NCBI GenBank assembly: GCA_963665125.2
Contig: CAXXUK010000001.1
Location: 1,376,001-1,440,000, forward strand
Length of the DNA: 64,000 nt
From: an uncultured Desulfarculus sp.
Lineage (GTDB): Bacteria > Desulfobacterota > Desulfarculia > Desulfarculales > Desulfarculaceae
Reading direction: 5' to 3'
Shown: positions 39,429 through 49,388 of the stretch, one piece after another
Layout of the letters: each line of letters opens with the position of its first letter
How positions within the stretch are numbered: position 1 is the stretch's first letter
The notes under the pieces: model-generated
What the model saw: the letters and a program-made list of their open reading frames with translations, nothing else
Database searches by the model: none
What the model was told of the DNA's origin: nothing
Translations under genes and position numbers: made by a program

Positions 39429-41267
39429 GTGATGGCTGATGCCGGTAGCAGTCCCCCACGAAAAACCAACAACAAACTGCTTGGCATGCTTGATTGCATA
39501 GGCGGCGCGCTGCCATTTCTGGTGCTGTTCATAATTGTCCCGTTTTCCATCTATTTGCCCAACCAGGACCACTTTGATAACAGCATAATAGTTTTAGTTC
39601 CCATGTTATTGGCCGGTGTCATCGGCATCGGCGTCATGTGCCTGCTCGGCCGCATGAAATCGCCTGTCAGCGGGGCCATCTGCAAATGGCTGTTTTGGAT
39701 AGGCGCATGTTTATTGATCAACGACATGATAACCCCGGTGGGCATCAGCAAGCTTGACGGACGAAACATAGCGGCAAATATCCAAATACCAAGTTTCTAT
39801 ATTTACATCCAAGTCTTTGTTCTTGTGCTGTGTTTACTGGTGGCGTGGTTTACGAACTGGGCAAAGATCAAGCGCATTGCCGGGACCTTTGTTGCCGCGA
39901 TGCTGGTGCTTCAACTGACGACCTTTGCCCTGGAGGTCTCACCGGAAACCATCTGGTCCCTCAGGCCGGGTACAAAACCATTCAAGACATATGCGGCTCC
40001 CGCCCAGCCCAGCGTAAAAAACAATGTTTATCACATTATCCTGGACGGTTTCAGCAGCCAGACCTTTATCGAAATGATGAACAACAATAGGCTCAACGGC
40101 CTATTCAACGGGTTTGTATTTTACAAAAACACCAGATCAAACGGCCTGGTAACAAACCAATCCGTGCCCGGCATCATGACCGGCTCTTTTATGCCGGAGA
40201 AGAAAAAGGACCAAAGCCTCAAGCAGTGGTGGTACGAATCGGTTAGCGACTGGTCCATCATATGCAAATCAAAGGGTATTTTAAGCAAGGCATACGAAGA
40301 TGGCTATGCCGTGTCGCAATACATCCCCCGCCTGTATATGTGGCCCTATGAAAAAGCCACCCGGCTTTATCTGGGCAGCCAACTGGCCAAGGAAGGCGGT
40401 TTGGTGCCTTCATTCGCCGACCTCTGGCTCTTGCGGCTGGCGCCGGTGCCGATAAAAAAGCAACTGTTTGACAAAGACGACAAAGGTCCTTTTTCCCGGG
40501 CGTTCGGGGTCAAGGTCCACTTCCGCCATTGGGCCCACTGGTCAATTGGCCTCGGCAAAATCCTTTTGGATGACGAAAAATCCCGAAGCGCCGCAGGCAA
40601 CTATGTTTTCGCCCATTTGATGCTTCCCCATTATCCGTATGTCGTAAACGCAGAGTGTGAATACATCGGGGCTCAGCGGCTCAGGGACGAGCACTATCTT
40701 GCCCAGGCAAACTGTGGTTTAAAAATGGTCAAGGCCTTGTTGGATCAGTTGAAGCAAGCAGGCAAATTCAAGGATTCGTTGATTATTGTTCATGCGGATC
40801 ACGGCGAACATGCCGTCGGCCCATTGGATGCCTTCAACCAAATGCCCAAGGATTTTTTCAAACAGTACGACGATGACAACCATGTCGCCGAAACCGCCAA
40901 GTACATCAACAACAGATCGCTGGCCCTGTTATTGATCAAACTGCCCGGGGTCGACGAAGAGCCGTTGTCCATGGATAACAGGTTGGTGTCATTGGTTGAT
41001 TTGGAGCCCACAATATGTGATGTCATGGGCTGGCCGCAAACATCTCCCCATGGCAGATCGCTGCTCCAAAACGATGGCCAAGACAGAAGAGTCGACATTT
41101 TCTGCAAGCTGAACTACCCCAATATCATTGATACCAGGCCAAGCCTGATCCACGTGATATTTGACGGAAAGCACTGGCGGATCAACAACGACTATCCCGA
41201 AGACATGCATTTGAACGCCAAGCGGGAACTGGCCGGGCACCCCTCGGCGGATTCGGTAGTTAGATAG
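39429..41267 (+). CDS. Membrane-anchored alkaline phosphatase/sulfatase superfamily transferase (LtaS/EptA-like)
   Basis: About five N-terminal TM helices, HIILDG, SNGLVTNQS (Thr in nucleophile position), LPHYPY, ADHGE. Confidence 0.78.
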   Translation: MMADAGSSPPRKTNNKLLGMLDCIGGALPFLVLFIIVPFSIYLPNQDHFDNSIIVLVPMLLAGVIGIGVMCLLGRMKSPVSGAICKWLFWIGACLLINDMITPVGISKLDGRNIAANIQIPSFYIYIQVFVLVLCLLVAWFTNWAKIKRIAGTFVAAMLVLQLTTFALEVSPETIWSLRPGTKPFKTYAAPAQPSVKNNVYHIILDGFSSQTFIEMMNNNRLNGLFNGFVFYKNTRSNGLVTNQSVPGIMTGSFMPEKKKDQSLKQWWYESVSDWSIICKSKGILSKAYEDGYAVSQYIPRLYMWPYEKATRLYLGSQLAKEGGLVPSFADLWLLRLAPVPIKKQLFDKDDKGPFSRAFGVKVHFRHWAHWSIGLGKILLDDEKSRSAAGNYVFAHLMLPHYPYVVNAECEYIGAQRLRDEHYLAQANCGLKMVKALLDQLKQAGKFKDSLIIVHADHGEHAVGPLDAFNQMPKDFFKQYDDDNHVAETAKYINNRSLALLLIKLPGVDEEPLSMDNRLVSLVDLEPTICDVMGWPQTSPHGRSLLQNDGQDRRVDIFCKLNYPNIIDTRPSLIHVIFDGKHWRINNDYPEDMHLNAKRELAGHPSADSVVR

Positions 41268-41272
41268 CCCTT

Positions 41273-41914
41273 CTAAGCCACCACCCTGCCCTCTTTGATG
41301 GGGATAACCTTTGCCTTCAGGGCGTCGATCTCGGCCTGGGAATGGGTCACATAGACCACCGGAATATCGAGTTCCCTGGGCAACTTGGCCAGAAAAGGCA
41401 ACAGTTCTTCCTTGCGGTTCTGGTCCAGCGAGGCCAGGGGCTCGTCCATCAGCAGCAGACGGGGGCTGGTCAACAAGGCCCTGCCCACGGCCACCCGCTG
41501 CTTCTCGCCGCCGGACAAATTCTTTGGCCTGCGGTCCAGCAAGCGCCCGATGTCCATCAATTCGATCACCTGCTCTGTCATGATCCTGCGGTTCTGGGGC
41601 GGCACCAGCTTCATGCCGTACAACAGGTTGGAGCGAACGCTCAGATGCGGAAACAAACGGCCTTCCTGGAACACATAACCCAGGCCCCTGCGTTCGGGCG
41701 GCAGGTTTATGCCCCGGTCGCTGTCGAACAACGTCTCGTCCTCAAGCTTGATCTGCCCCTTGTCGGCCCGGAGCAATCCGGCAATGGCCTTTATCAGCGA
41801 TGTCTTGCCCGAACCAGAGGGCCCGAACAGGGCTGTTACGCCCCGGCACATGGCCTTGAAGCCGGCATCCAGGGTGAAATCACCCAGGGTGGTCTTGATT
41901 GCGACTTCCAACAT
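41273..41914 (-). CDS. modC: Molybdate ABC ATPase (short form, no TOBE domain)
   Basis: GPSGSGKT, GYVFQEGRLFPHL, LSGGEKQR, DEPLASLD. Confidence 0.93.
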   Translation of the reverse strand: MLEVAIKTTLGDFTLDAGFKAMCRGVTALFGPSGSGKTSLIKAIAGLLRADKGQIKLEDETLFDSDRGINLPPERRGLGYVFQEGRLFPHLSVRSNLLYGMKLVPPQNRRIMTEQVIELMDIGRLLDRRPKNLSGGEKQRVAVGRALLTSPRLLLMDEPLASLDQNRKEELLPFLAKLPRELDIPVVYVTHSQAEIDALKAKVIPIKEGRVVA

Positions 41915-41917
41915 GGT

Positions 41918-42619
41918 TCAACCTTTCAATCTTGCCGACAGCCGCCGGGATATGAACTCCGAGGCCACCATGGCTCCAAGGGAAACCAACACTGCTATAA
42001 CGCACAGCCGCAGGGCCCCGGTCTCGCCGCCCGGCGTCTGTACGAATGAATACAGCGCCAGGGGCAAAGTGCGGGTCTGGCCCGGAATATTGGACACAAA
42101 GGTTATGGTGGCCCCGAACTCGCCCAGGCTGCGGGCAAAGGCCAGCACCGTGCCGGTGAGCAGACCGGGCAGGAGCAGAGGCAGCGACACCGTAAAGAAC
42201 ACCCGCAAGGGACCAGCCCCAAGGGTCCGCGCCGCCTGCTCCAAACCCTTGTCCAGGGCCTCCACCGAGAGACGAATGGAGCGGACCATCAGGGGAAAGG
42301 CCATCACCCCGGCCGCCACGGCCGCGCCCTTCCAGTTGAAGGCCACGGTTATGCCCAGGTATTCATATAGCCAGGCGCCCAGGGGGCCCTTGCGGCCCAG
42401 CAACAAGAGCAGCAGATAGCCCGTTACCACCGGCGGCAGGACCAACGGCAAATGGATCAGACCGTCCAGCAGGCTTTTGCCCGGAAAACGGCAGCGACCC
42501 AAGAGCCAGGCGGCGGCAATACCCAAAGGCAAAATACCGGCAACAGCCCAGAACGACACCCAAAGGCTCAGCTTTAGGGCCTCCAGTTCCGGATCTGTCA
42601 GTATCAGCCATTCGGGCAT
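41918..42619 (-). CDS. modB: Molybdate ABC permease
   Basis: LPLVLPPVVTGY, FARSLGEFGAT. Confidence 0.95.
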   Translation of the reverse strand: MPEWLILTDPELEALKLSLWVSFWAVAGILPLGIAAAWLLGRCRFPGKSLLDGLIHLPLVLPPVVTGYLLLLLLGRKGPLGAWLYEYLGITVAFNWKGAAVAAGVMAFPLMVRSIRLSVEALDKGLEQAARTLGAGPLRVFFTVSLPLLLPGLLTGTVLAFARSLGEFGATITFVSNIPGQTRTLPLALYSFVQTPGGETGALRLCVIAVLVSLGAMVASEFISRRLSARLKG

Positions 42620-42631
42620 TGCATCCGCCTG

Positions 42632-43411
42632 TCAGTTGGTGCCGAAGCCATACCGTTCGAACACGGCCTTGGCCTCCGGGGAGGTCAGAAACTTGAGGAA
42701 CGCCCTGCCCTTTTCCGTGTCACGGCCGGCCACCAACGCGGCCGGATACACTATGGGGTCATGGCTTTCCGCCGGAAACACGGCGACAAGGCGCACCTTT
42801 TTGCTCACCGCCGCGTCGGTGGTGTAGACGATGCCAAGCGGGGCCTCGCCGATTTCCACCAGGGCCATGGCGGTGCGCACATTTGCCGCGGCGGCAATCT
42901 TGCCCGACACGCTGGGCCACAGGCCCAGGCTCACCAGGGCCTGTTTGCCGTAGATCCCTGCCGGGACATGATCCGGATCACCCATGGCCAGGCGGCCGTC
43001 GCCAATGGCCCGTACGAACTCCGCCTGGTCGGTCAAGTTCAGCTTGGTCAGTTTGCTGTCGGCCGAGGCGATGAGGCCCAGGCGGTTGTGCAACAGGTTG
43101 ATGCGGGTGCCTTCGGCGATTCCGCCGGCCTTCTCCAGATAATCGGTCCACTTGACGTTGGCCGAGATATAGACGTCGGCCGGAGCGCCCTGTTCGATCT
43201 GCTTGGCCAGGGTCGAAGACGAGGCGAACGAACAGACGACCTTTGCCCCGGTCTTTTCCTGGAATGTTTTGGCCAACTCGCCCACCGCGTCGGTGGTGGA
43301 GGCTGCGGCAAACACCAGCAGATCGTCAGCGGCCCTGGCAGGACCGCAAACGAACACGGCCGCCAGCAGGGCCAACATTACAATGATTTTTCTGAATATG
43401 CTCATGATCAA
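42632..43411 (-). CDS. modA: Molybdate-binding protein
   Basis: VFAAAS, FASSSTLAKQI, GDPDHVPAGIYG, VYTTDA, IVYP. Confidence 0.95.
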   Translation of the reverse strand: MIMSIFRKIIVMLALLAAVFVCGPARAADDLLVFAAASTTDAVGELAKTFQEKTGAKVVCSFASSSTLAKQIEQGAPADVYISANVKWTDYLEKAGGIAEGTRINLLHNRLGLIASADSKLTKLNLTDQAEFVRAIGDGRLAMGDPDHVPAGIYGKQALVSLGLWPSVSGKIAAAANVRTAMALVEIGEAPLGIVYTTDAAVSKKVRLVAVFPAESHDPIVYPAALVAGRDTEKGRAFLKFLTSPEAKAVFERYGFGTN

Positions 43412-44229
43412 ACCTCGCTTGGGGTCATTTCCCCGGTTTCACCAGCCCGGCAGCCCATGGCCGCCAGCAGCACGTAAACAACTATCCAGGCCAAATAGGC
43501 CGCGAAAAACACTTCTGTTAACGGATTGCCGGAAACGGCGATGATCGCCCCCACCGAACCATTGCTTTTATCCAGATAAAAGTCCGAAAGCGTCAGCCGC
43601 AGGCCCTCGATCTGCAGCGGCTCCAGGATGCGCATTTCGCCTGATTCCAGTTTTCTTCCGTCCCGCCAAAGGGATATCCCCGCCGTGTTGAGTTCCCGGT
43701 GGAAAGCCGTGGTGGTCTGGGCCCGCCGCCCCTGGCGGTAGGTCAGGTTCAAAAGGGAGTGATCGTCCACAAACGTGGCGGTGTCCAAGGTCAGGCTCAG
43801 GCCATCGGGCAACTCCACGCTCTGGCCGGGCAAAAGGCGCATGCTTTCGTCCTTGAAGCCCATGGTCATCTGGGAAAGGTGGCCCAACAGGATCACGATC
43901 ATCAGGGCATGGACCATGAACAGCAGCACGGTGTGGACTCTTTTTGCGTGCATCAACCTCGGCCAAAGCCTCGTGTAAGTGCAGGCGCCCAAATTCAGCA
44001 CCAGCAGACCGACCGAAGCGCACAGGGCGGCAAACCAGACGGCCAACGCCACCGGGCCCGCCCCGGCTGAAACGGCATCGATGAGCCAATCCAGGACCAG
44101 GCCCTTGTTCATGGAGGCCACGAGAGCGCTGGACAGCGGCACCTGGGCCAGGATCATGCCGATGAGCAGGCATAGCGCTATGGCGCCTAGGGCCCACAAA
44201 GTCAGGTTCAGTGATGATAGCATTTTCAT
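43408..44229 (-). CDS. ResB/CcsB-like membrane protein (short, divergent)
   Basis: Three TM helices (LNLGACT, FMVHALMIVILLGHL), a beta-rich periplasmic region and a final TM. ATGA overlaps at both ends. Confidence 0.6.
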   Translation of the reverse strand: MKMLSSLNLTLWALGAIALCLLIGMILAQVPLSSALVASMNKGLVLDWLIDAVSAGAGPVALAVWFAALCASVGLLVLNLGACTYTRLWPRLMHAKRVHTVLLFMVHALMIVILLGHLSQMTMGFKDESMRLLPGQSVELPDGLSLTLDTATFVDDHSLLNLTYRQGRRAQTTTAFHRELNTAGISLWRDGRKLESGEMRILEPLQIEGLRLTLSDFYLDKSNGSVGAIIAVSGNPLTEVFFAAYLAWIVVYVLLAAMGCRAGETGEMTPSEV

Positions 44230-45104
44230 GATAAAAACGCCTCCGTAACCTGATGAACCAGATACGCCCCCGTGGCCAACAGGCCGGGCACGGAGTAGGC
44301 GATGCGCAGGACCTTGGTCTTGGCCGCCAAGGCTGGCGGCAAATGCAAAGCCGCGCTGGCCAGGATGAAAATCATCGTCGATTCCATGAAATTGCGGTTC
44401 CAGAGCCAGTAGTCGCCGCGCCAGGTCAGACACCAGTAAAACCCGCAGACCTCGCCCACCAGGAACAGGGCCGTGCCCAAAAGCAGCATGCGCCGGGAAC
44501 GGGCGGTTAACTCCCGCCTGTGGTCGGCCTTGATGTCACCCCTGGGCCAGGCAAGGGTGGCCAGGGCCGAAAACAGCAGAAAGGCCATGGCCATGCCCCG
44601 GCACAGAAAAAAGGCCCTGGACCAGCCGAACTGATAGACGAACCAGTCCGGATTTACCTGGCGGGGCACCCAGGTCAACAGCGAGAGGATAAGAGCGGCG
44701 GCGCCAAATCCCCAGGCGGGCAAGGCAAGGTCGTTGCTGATGCGGCAGCGGCCGGCGCGCCAGGATAAAAACGACAGCACGGCAGCCATGAGACAGATTG
44801 ACTCATAGGCCCCGGACAGGGGCGGCCTGCCGATGCGCAGGCTGATAACCCCCAACAGGCCGAAACCAAGTGCCAGCGTTGCCACGGAGGCCGGTTTGTA
44901 GGCTCTGTCCTTGTTCAAACCGGCTAAAATTGATGTTATTACTGAAAGAGCGAAAAATGCCCAATAGAGTAGGTTTTCCAGCCGAACCAGGTCCATGCCG
45001 CCCAAATCCAGGGATACGGGCGGCATGGCAATGGCCAAGCCGAGACAACCCAATAGGGGCACGTACCAAGTCAGGTTCCGGTGGTTTGCAGAATTAACGT
45101 GCAT
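44226..45104 (-). CDS. CcsA/ResC-like membrane protein (divergent)
   Basis: GRPPLSGAYES and a Trp-rich WCLTWRGDYWLWN followed by ALHL. Confidence 0.7.
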   Translation of the reverse strand: MHVNSANHRNLTWYVPLLGCLGLAIAMPPVSLDLGGMDLVRLENLLYWAFFALSVITSILAGLNKDRAYKPASVATLALGFGLLGVISLRIGRPPLSGAYESICLMAAVLSFLSWRAGRCRISNDLALPAWGFGAAALILSLLTWVPRQVNPDWFVYQFGWSRAFFLCRGMAMAFLLFSALATLAWPRGDIKADHRRELTARSRRMLLLGTALFLVGEVCGFYWCLTWRGDYWLWNRNFMESTMIFILASAALHLPPALAAKTKVLRIAYSVPGLLATGAYLVHQVTEAFLS

Positions 45105-45225
45105 GGTAGATGCCTTTCACAGACAGTTGGTTTTGTCAGGGCTCTCGGGCAGCCCATGGAGTCAGCGTATCCCGCGCAATTGCGGTTTTGGCGGCCAAGA
45201 CGGAATTTATCAACACTTGGCCAAT

Positions 45226-45245
45226 ATATGCTAAAATTAACATAT
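45226..45245. promoter_or_regulatory. 20-bp imperfect dyad, candidate operator of the ccs-mod operon
   Basis: ATATGCTAAAATTAACATAT, about 120 nt upstream of the operon start. Confidence 0.4.
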
Positions 45246-45359
45246 CAGATACAGTTTTTTCCGCCTTGTCATCCGCCACAGCCGAATCTCCGATGATTGA
45301 CCAAGTAACATTCTGAAATAGCAAAACATATCTCTTAACCAACATCTGTCTCCACAGGC

Positions 45360-46637
45360 TCACATACAGCCCATGCCGCCACCCTGGCCCATGGCCGCCG
45401 CGCAGCAGGCCTTGCCCTTGCGCACCCGCATGGCCGACAGATCGTCGCCGGCGTAGATGGCCCGTAGGGCTTCTTCAATAAAGCCACTCATTTCCAAGGG
45501 TTCAATGCCGTGCTCCATCAATATTGACCGCGGGGTGTCACCAACTCCGCTTACCAAGACATGGCGGCAGTCCGAGAGCAGCTCGGCCAACTTATCCCAG
45601 CGCAGGTTGCCGTCACCGGCCGACGGAGCCGTGCGGGTCTCGACATGGCCAAAGCCTCCGGCAACCGGGCCCCAGATCTGAAATTCGGTAGCCTGTCCCA
45701 GGTGCAGGTTGACCAGGGCGCCTTCCCGGCTGGCAACCGCCACGTAGGGCCGGGCGACGTCCTTTGGCTCGGGAATGGTGGAACAGGCCGACAGGCAGCC
45801 AGCCATTTCGCCTGACATGTCCTGGCCCAATAGACCCACTGCGTCGGCCCGGCAGCGGGTGCAATGGGTCATCTGGTTGATATGGTCGGAGCAAACGCCC
45901 CGCAGGCTCTGCATCAACGGGCGGCTTGGCTCGTTGATCTCGGCAAAGGGCGTATTGGGCGTGGGGTACATGGGCATCAGGTTCATCAGGTCCGCGCCCA
46001 GGTCTGCCGCCCAACTGGCCACCTCGTTCACCAGGTCGTCATTGATACCGGGGATGACGATAGTGTTGATCTTGACGATTATGCCCCGCTCCTTGAGTCC
46101 GGCCACGGCCTGGGTCTGCCGCTCCAGCAGCAGCGCCGCCGCCTCACGGCCCCGATAGGCCACCTTGCCGTCCTTGACATAGGCGTAGATCTTGGCCCCC
46201 ACGTTGGGGTCCACCGTATTGACGGTGATGGTCATGTGGGTGACGCCGACATCGGCCAAGTCGTCCAGATGCTCCGGAACGCCCAGGCCATTGGACGACA
46301 GGCAAAGCAGCATGCCCGGGAAACGCTCCTTGATCAGCCGTATGGTCTGCAAGGTCTTTTCAGCGTTGGCCATAGGATCTCCGGGCCCGGCTATGCCGGC
46401 CACGCTGATGCGGGGCTCGGCCTCCAGGACCCGGGTCATGTACGCCGCAGCCTGGTGCGGCGACAACACCGCGCTGGCCACGCCGGGCCGCGATTCGTTG
46501 ACGCAGTCGTACTTGCGGTCGCAGTAGTTGCACTTGATGTTGCAGGCCGGGGCCACGGGCAGATGCACCCGTCCATGGCTGCCCTTGGCCGCCTTGTTGA
46601 AACAGGGATGGTTTTCGCTGATGGAATCGATCTTCAT
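45360..46637 (-). CDS. nifB: FeMo-cofactor biosynthesis radical SAM protein NifB (with NifX-like domain)
   Basis: HPCF, CNIKCNYC, ESRPG, AGPGDP, CTRCRADA, VNLHLG. Confidence 0.97.
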   Translation of the reverse strand: MKIDSISENHPCFNKAAKGSHGRVHLPVAPACNIKCNYCDRKYDCVNESRPGVASAVLSPHQAAAYMTRVLEAEPRISVAGIAGPGDPMANAEKTLQTIRLIKERFPGMLLCLSSNGLGVPEHLDDLADVGVTHMTITVNTVDPNVGAKIYAYVKDGKVAYRGREAAALLLERQTQAVAGLKERGIIVKINTIVIPGINDDLVNEVASWAADLGADLMNLMPMYPTPNTPFAEINEPSRPLMQSLRGVCSDHINQMTHCTRCRADAVGLLGQDMSGEMAGCLSACSTIPEPKDVARPYVAVASREGALVNLHLGQATEFQIWGPVAGGFGHVETRTAPSAGDGNLRWDKLAELLSDCRHVLVSGVGDTPRSILMEHGIEPLEMSGFIEEALRAIYAGDDLSAMRVRKGKACCAAAMGQGGGMGCM

Positions 46638-46647
46638 GATATTTCCC

Positions 46648-48024
46648 CTAGATGTATCCGTAGCCCACGGATGAGTCGCTCTGCTTCTTGGTTATCAATG
46701 CGTTGACGACGCGGTCGTAAAGTTCCTGGGCGCCGCGATAGCCCAAATGGTTCAGGCGCTGGCCGCCGAAGCGGTCGTGGATGGGGAAGCCCACCCGCAC
46801 CAGGGGCACGTCCAGCTCACGGCTGATGCGGTAGCCCTTGGAGTTGCCAACCATCAGATCTGGCTTGAGTTCACGGGCCAGTTCGGCGATGCGGTAGAAA
46901 TCCACCCCCGGCTCGGCCAACACCGGCTGGCGCACCAGGCCATCGGTGACCTTTTCGATCTTTTCTCGGAAGCCCGGCGTCCGGGCCCCGCTGGCGCATA
47001 TAACGGGCTGCACGCCGATCTCGGCCATGAACGCGGCCAGTCCTATTACCAGGTCCTGCTCGCCGTAGACCACGGCCTTGGCGCCGGAGACGTACTTGTG
47101 GCCGTCGACCATGGCGTCCAGCAGGCGGCCCCGCTCGTCGGCAAAGCGCTTGGGAATGTCTGAGTCGGCCAAATCGGCAAAGGCGTCGAACATGGCGTCG
47201 CTGTGGCGCAAGCCGATGGGCAGCCCCAGGGAAACAAGGGGCACCCCGCAACGGGTCTGGAGATCCTCTCCGGCGGCCCGGCTATCCGGCGTCCAGCCCA
47301 TGGTCAGGCTGGCCGCCGCGCCGCCCATCCTCCTGATAGCCGCCAGGGGCGTCCCCCCGTCGGGCAAAATTTCGTATCCGGCGCTGACCGGCGCGTCCAG
47401 GGGCCGGGAATAGTCCGGCAGCAAGGTGGCCTCCAAGCCAAAACTCTCGGCAATGTCGTACAGGTGGCGGATATCAGCCGGACTGACCATGCCGGGCAGG
47501 ATATTGACCCCCCGGTGCCGGGCTGTGGGCTGGGCCATCTGGGCCACGGTTGCCTTGACCGCCGCGTGGAAACCTTCCATATGGGTGGCTGCGTAGGACG
47601 GCGTGGAAGCATGGATCAGATTCGGCATCTCGCCGCACGAACCCTCCAGGACGGCCTCCTTCAAAAACTCTTTGACTATGGCCGGGACGTTGTCGCCGAT
47701 GGTCTCGGTCAGACATGTGGTGGCGATGCCCACGGCCTTGGCCTGGTACTTGTTGATCACATTGACCAGGCCCTGCTTTAGGTTGGGCCCGCCGCCGAAC
47801 ACGGCCTCGCTCTCGCCAAGGGCGCTGCTGGCGATATCCACAGGCTCCCGGAAATGGCTGATCAGGTAGCGCCGCATATAGGTGGCGCAACCCTGGGAAC
47901 CGTGCAGGAACGGCACGCAGCCCTCGATACCCTTGAAGGCGATGCAGGCGCCCAGGGGCATGCAGGCCTTGCAGGCGTTGGTGCTGGAAACATATTCGCG
48001 CTTTTTAGCGGTGTTGGTCTTCAT
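46648..48024 (-). CDS. nifN: Nitrogenase FeMo-co scaffold NifN
   Basis: CKACMPLGA, HGSQGC, TTCLTETIGD, GFPIHDR. ATG 48024 overlaps the nifE stop. Confidence 0.92.
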   Translation of the reverse strand: MKTNTAKKREYVSSTNACKACMPLGACIAFKGIEGCVPFLHGSQGCATYMRRYLISHFREPVDIASSALGESEAVFGGGPNLKQGLVNVINKYQAKAVGIATTCLTETIGDNVPAIVKEFLKEAVLEGSCGEMPNLIHASTPSYAATHMEGFHAAVKATVAQMAQPTARHRGVNILPGMVSPADIRHLYDIAESFGLEATLLPDYSRPLDAPVSAGYEILPDGGTPLAAIRRMGGAAASLTMGWTPDSRAAGEDLQTRCGVPLVSLGLPIGLRHSDAMFDAFADLADSDIPKRFADERGRLLDAMVDGHKYVSGAKAVVYGEQDLVIGLAAFMAEIGVQPVICASGARTPGFREKIEKVTDGLVRQPVLAEPGVDFYRIAELARELKPDLMVGNSKGYRISRELDVPLVRVGFPIHDRFGGQRLNHLGYRGAQELYDRVVNALITKKQSDSSVGYGYI

Positions 48025-49388
48025 GCCGCCACCTCCAGGTTGGCCTTGGCTCTGCGGGGTGTGAACCGCCACACCGGACTCATGGCCGTTGCGTGGATCT
48101 CCTCGGCAAAGTTGAGCATGCCCACGAAACCCTCCAGGGCAAGCTTGCGCTCGTGGTTATGGTCGCAAAACCCGATGCCCAGCTTGAAGGCGATGGGCCG
48201 TTCCTTGACCCCGCCCACAAAGACATCCACGTCCTTTTCAACCAGATAATTCATCAATTCCAGGGGATTGGCGTCATCTATGATTACCGTGCCCGGTTCA
48301 CAGATGGCGGCCAACTCCTCGTAGTCTTCCTGGGTGCCGGTCTGAGACCCGGCCAGAACCACCTTCATGCCCAGCAGGCGGAACGACTTGATCAGGCTGA
48401 AGGCCTTGAACGCGCCGCCCACGTACAGGGCCGCCTTCTTGCCCTCCAGGTCCTTGCGCAACTCCATCAGCCGGGGATAGATGGCCCCCAGTTCCTCGCG
48501 GACCAGGGCCTTGGCCTTTTCCATAGCCGATTCGCTCTTGAAGAAATCGGCCACGTCGTAGAGGGCCTGGGCCATGTCGTCGGCGCCAAGGTAGCTGACC
48601 CGCATGAAGGGAATGCCGTAGGCCTCGCGCATCATCTTGGCCAGTTCCATGGTCGAGCCCGAGCACTGCACCAGGTTCAACGCCGCGCCGTGGGAGCGCC
48701 GCACATCGGCCACCCGGCCGTCGCCGGTGATGTTGGCCACCACGGTGACGCCCATCTTCTCCAGGTATTCCCGGATGATCCAGATCTCGCCGGCCAGGTT
48801 GAAGTCGCCCAGCAGGTTCACCGACATCTCGGGGATGCCCTTGGTTGGGCCGCTGCCAACCAGCTGGAACAAGGCGTTGCAGGCTGCGTAGTAGCCCGCG
48901 CGCTTGTTGCCCTTGAAGCCCTCGCTCATCACCGGGATCACCGGGATGCCGTACTTTTCATGGGCCTTGTTGCACACGGCCTGGATGTCGTCGCCGATAA
49001 GGCCCACCATGCAGGTGCTGTAGACGAACGCCGCCTTGGGCTTGTGCCTGGGAATCAGTTCGTCCAGGGCCCGGGTCAGCTTGCCCTCGCCGCCGAAGAT
49101 CACGTCGGTCTCGCCCAGGTCGGTGCAGAAGCTGTAGCGGTGCAGCTCCGGCCCGGAGGACAACGCGCCCCGGATGTCCCAGGTGTAGGAGGCGCAGCCA
49201 ATGGGCCCGTGGATCAGGTGCAGGGCGTCGGCAATGGGATAGAGCACGACCCGGGAGCCGCAGAAAACGCAGGCCCGCTGGCTCACCGCTCCGGCCAGGC
49301 TCTGCTTGTCGCAGCTGATGCGGAAGGGCTTGTCGCCGCCCGTTTCACAAATCTGGTCCGTGCGTTCATCGAAAATTACCTGGGCCAT
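48021..49388 (-). CDS. nifE: Nitrogenase FeMo-co scaffold NifE
   Basis: SQRACVFCG, HGPIGC, YSTC, LVQCS. GAGGAG RBS before ATG 49388. Confidence 0.95.
   Translation of the reverse strand: MAQVIFDERTDQICETGGDKPFRISCDKQSLAGAVSQRACVFCGSRVVLYPIADALHLIHGPIGCASYTWDIRGALSSGPELHRYSFCTDLGETDVIFGGEGKLTRALDELIPRHKPKAAFVYSTCMVGLIGDDIQAVCNKAHEKYGIPVIPVMSEGFKGNKRAGYYAACNALFQLVGSGPTKGIPEMSVNLLGDFNLAGEIWIIREYLEKMGVTVVANITGDGRVADVRRSHGAALNLVQCSGSTMELAKMMREAYGIPFMRVSYLGADDMAQALYDVADFFKSESAMEKAKALVREELGAIYPRLMELRKDLEGKKAALYVGGAFKAFSLIKSFRLLGMKVVLAGSQTGTQEDYEELAAICEPGTVIIDDANPLELMNYLVEKDVDVFVGGVKERPIAFKLGIGFCDHNHERKLALEGFVGMLNFAEEIHATAMSPVWRFTPRRAKANLEVAA

Noticed and set aside
45105..45200. Moco-riboswitch-like 3' end (GTGAAAGG before ATG) upstream of the ccs-mod operon
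   Set aside because: Only the RBS-like end resembles it and the core stems were not found. The nearby dyad also does not fit canonical ModE spacing.
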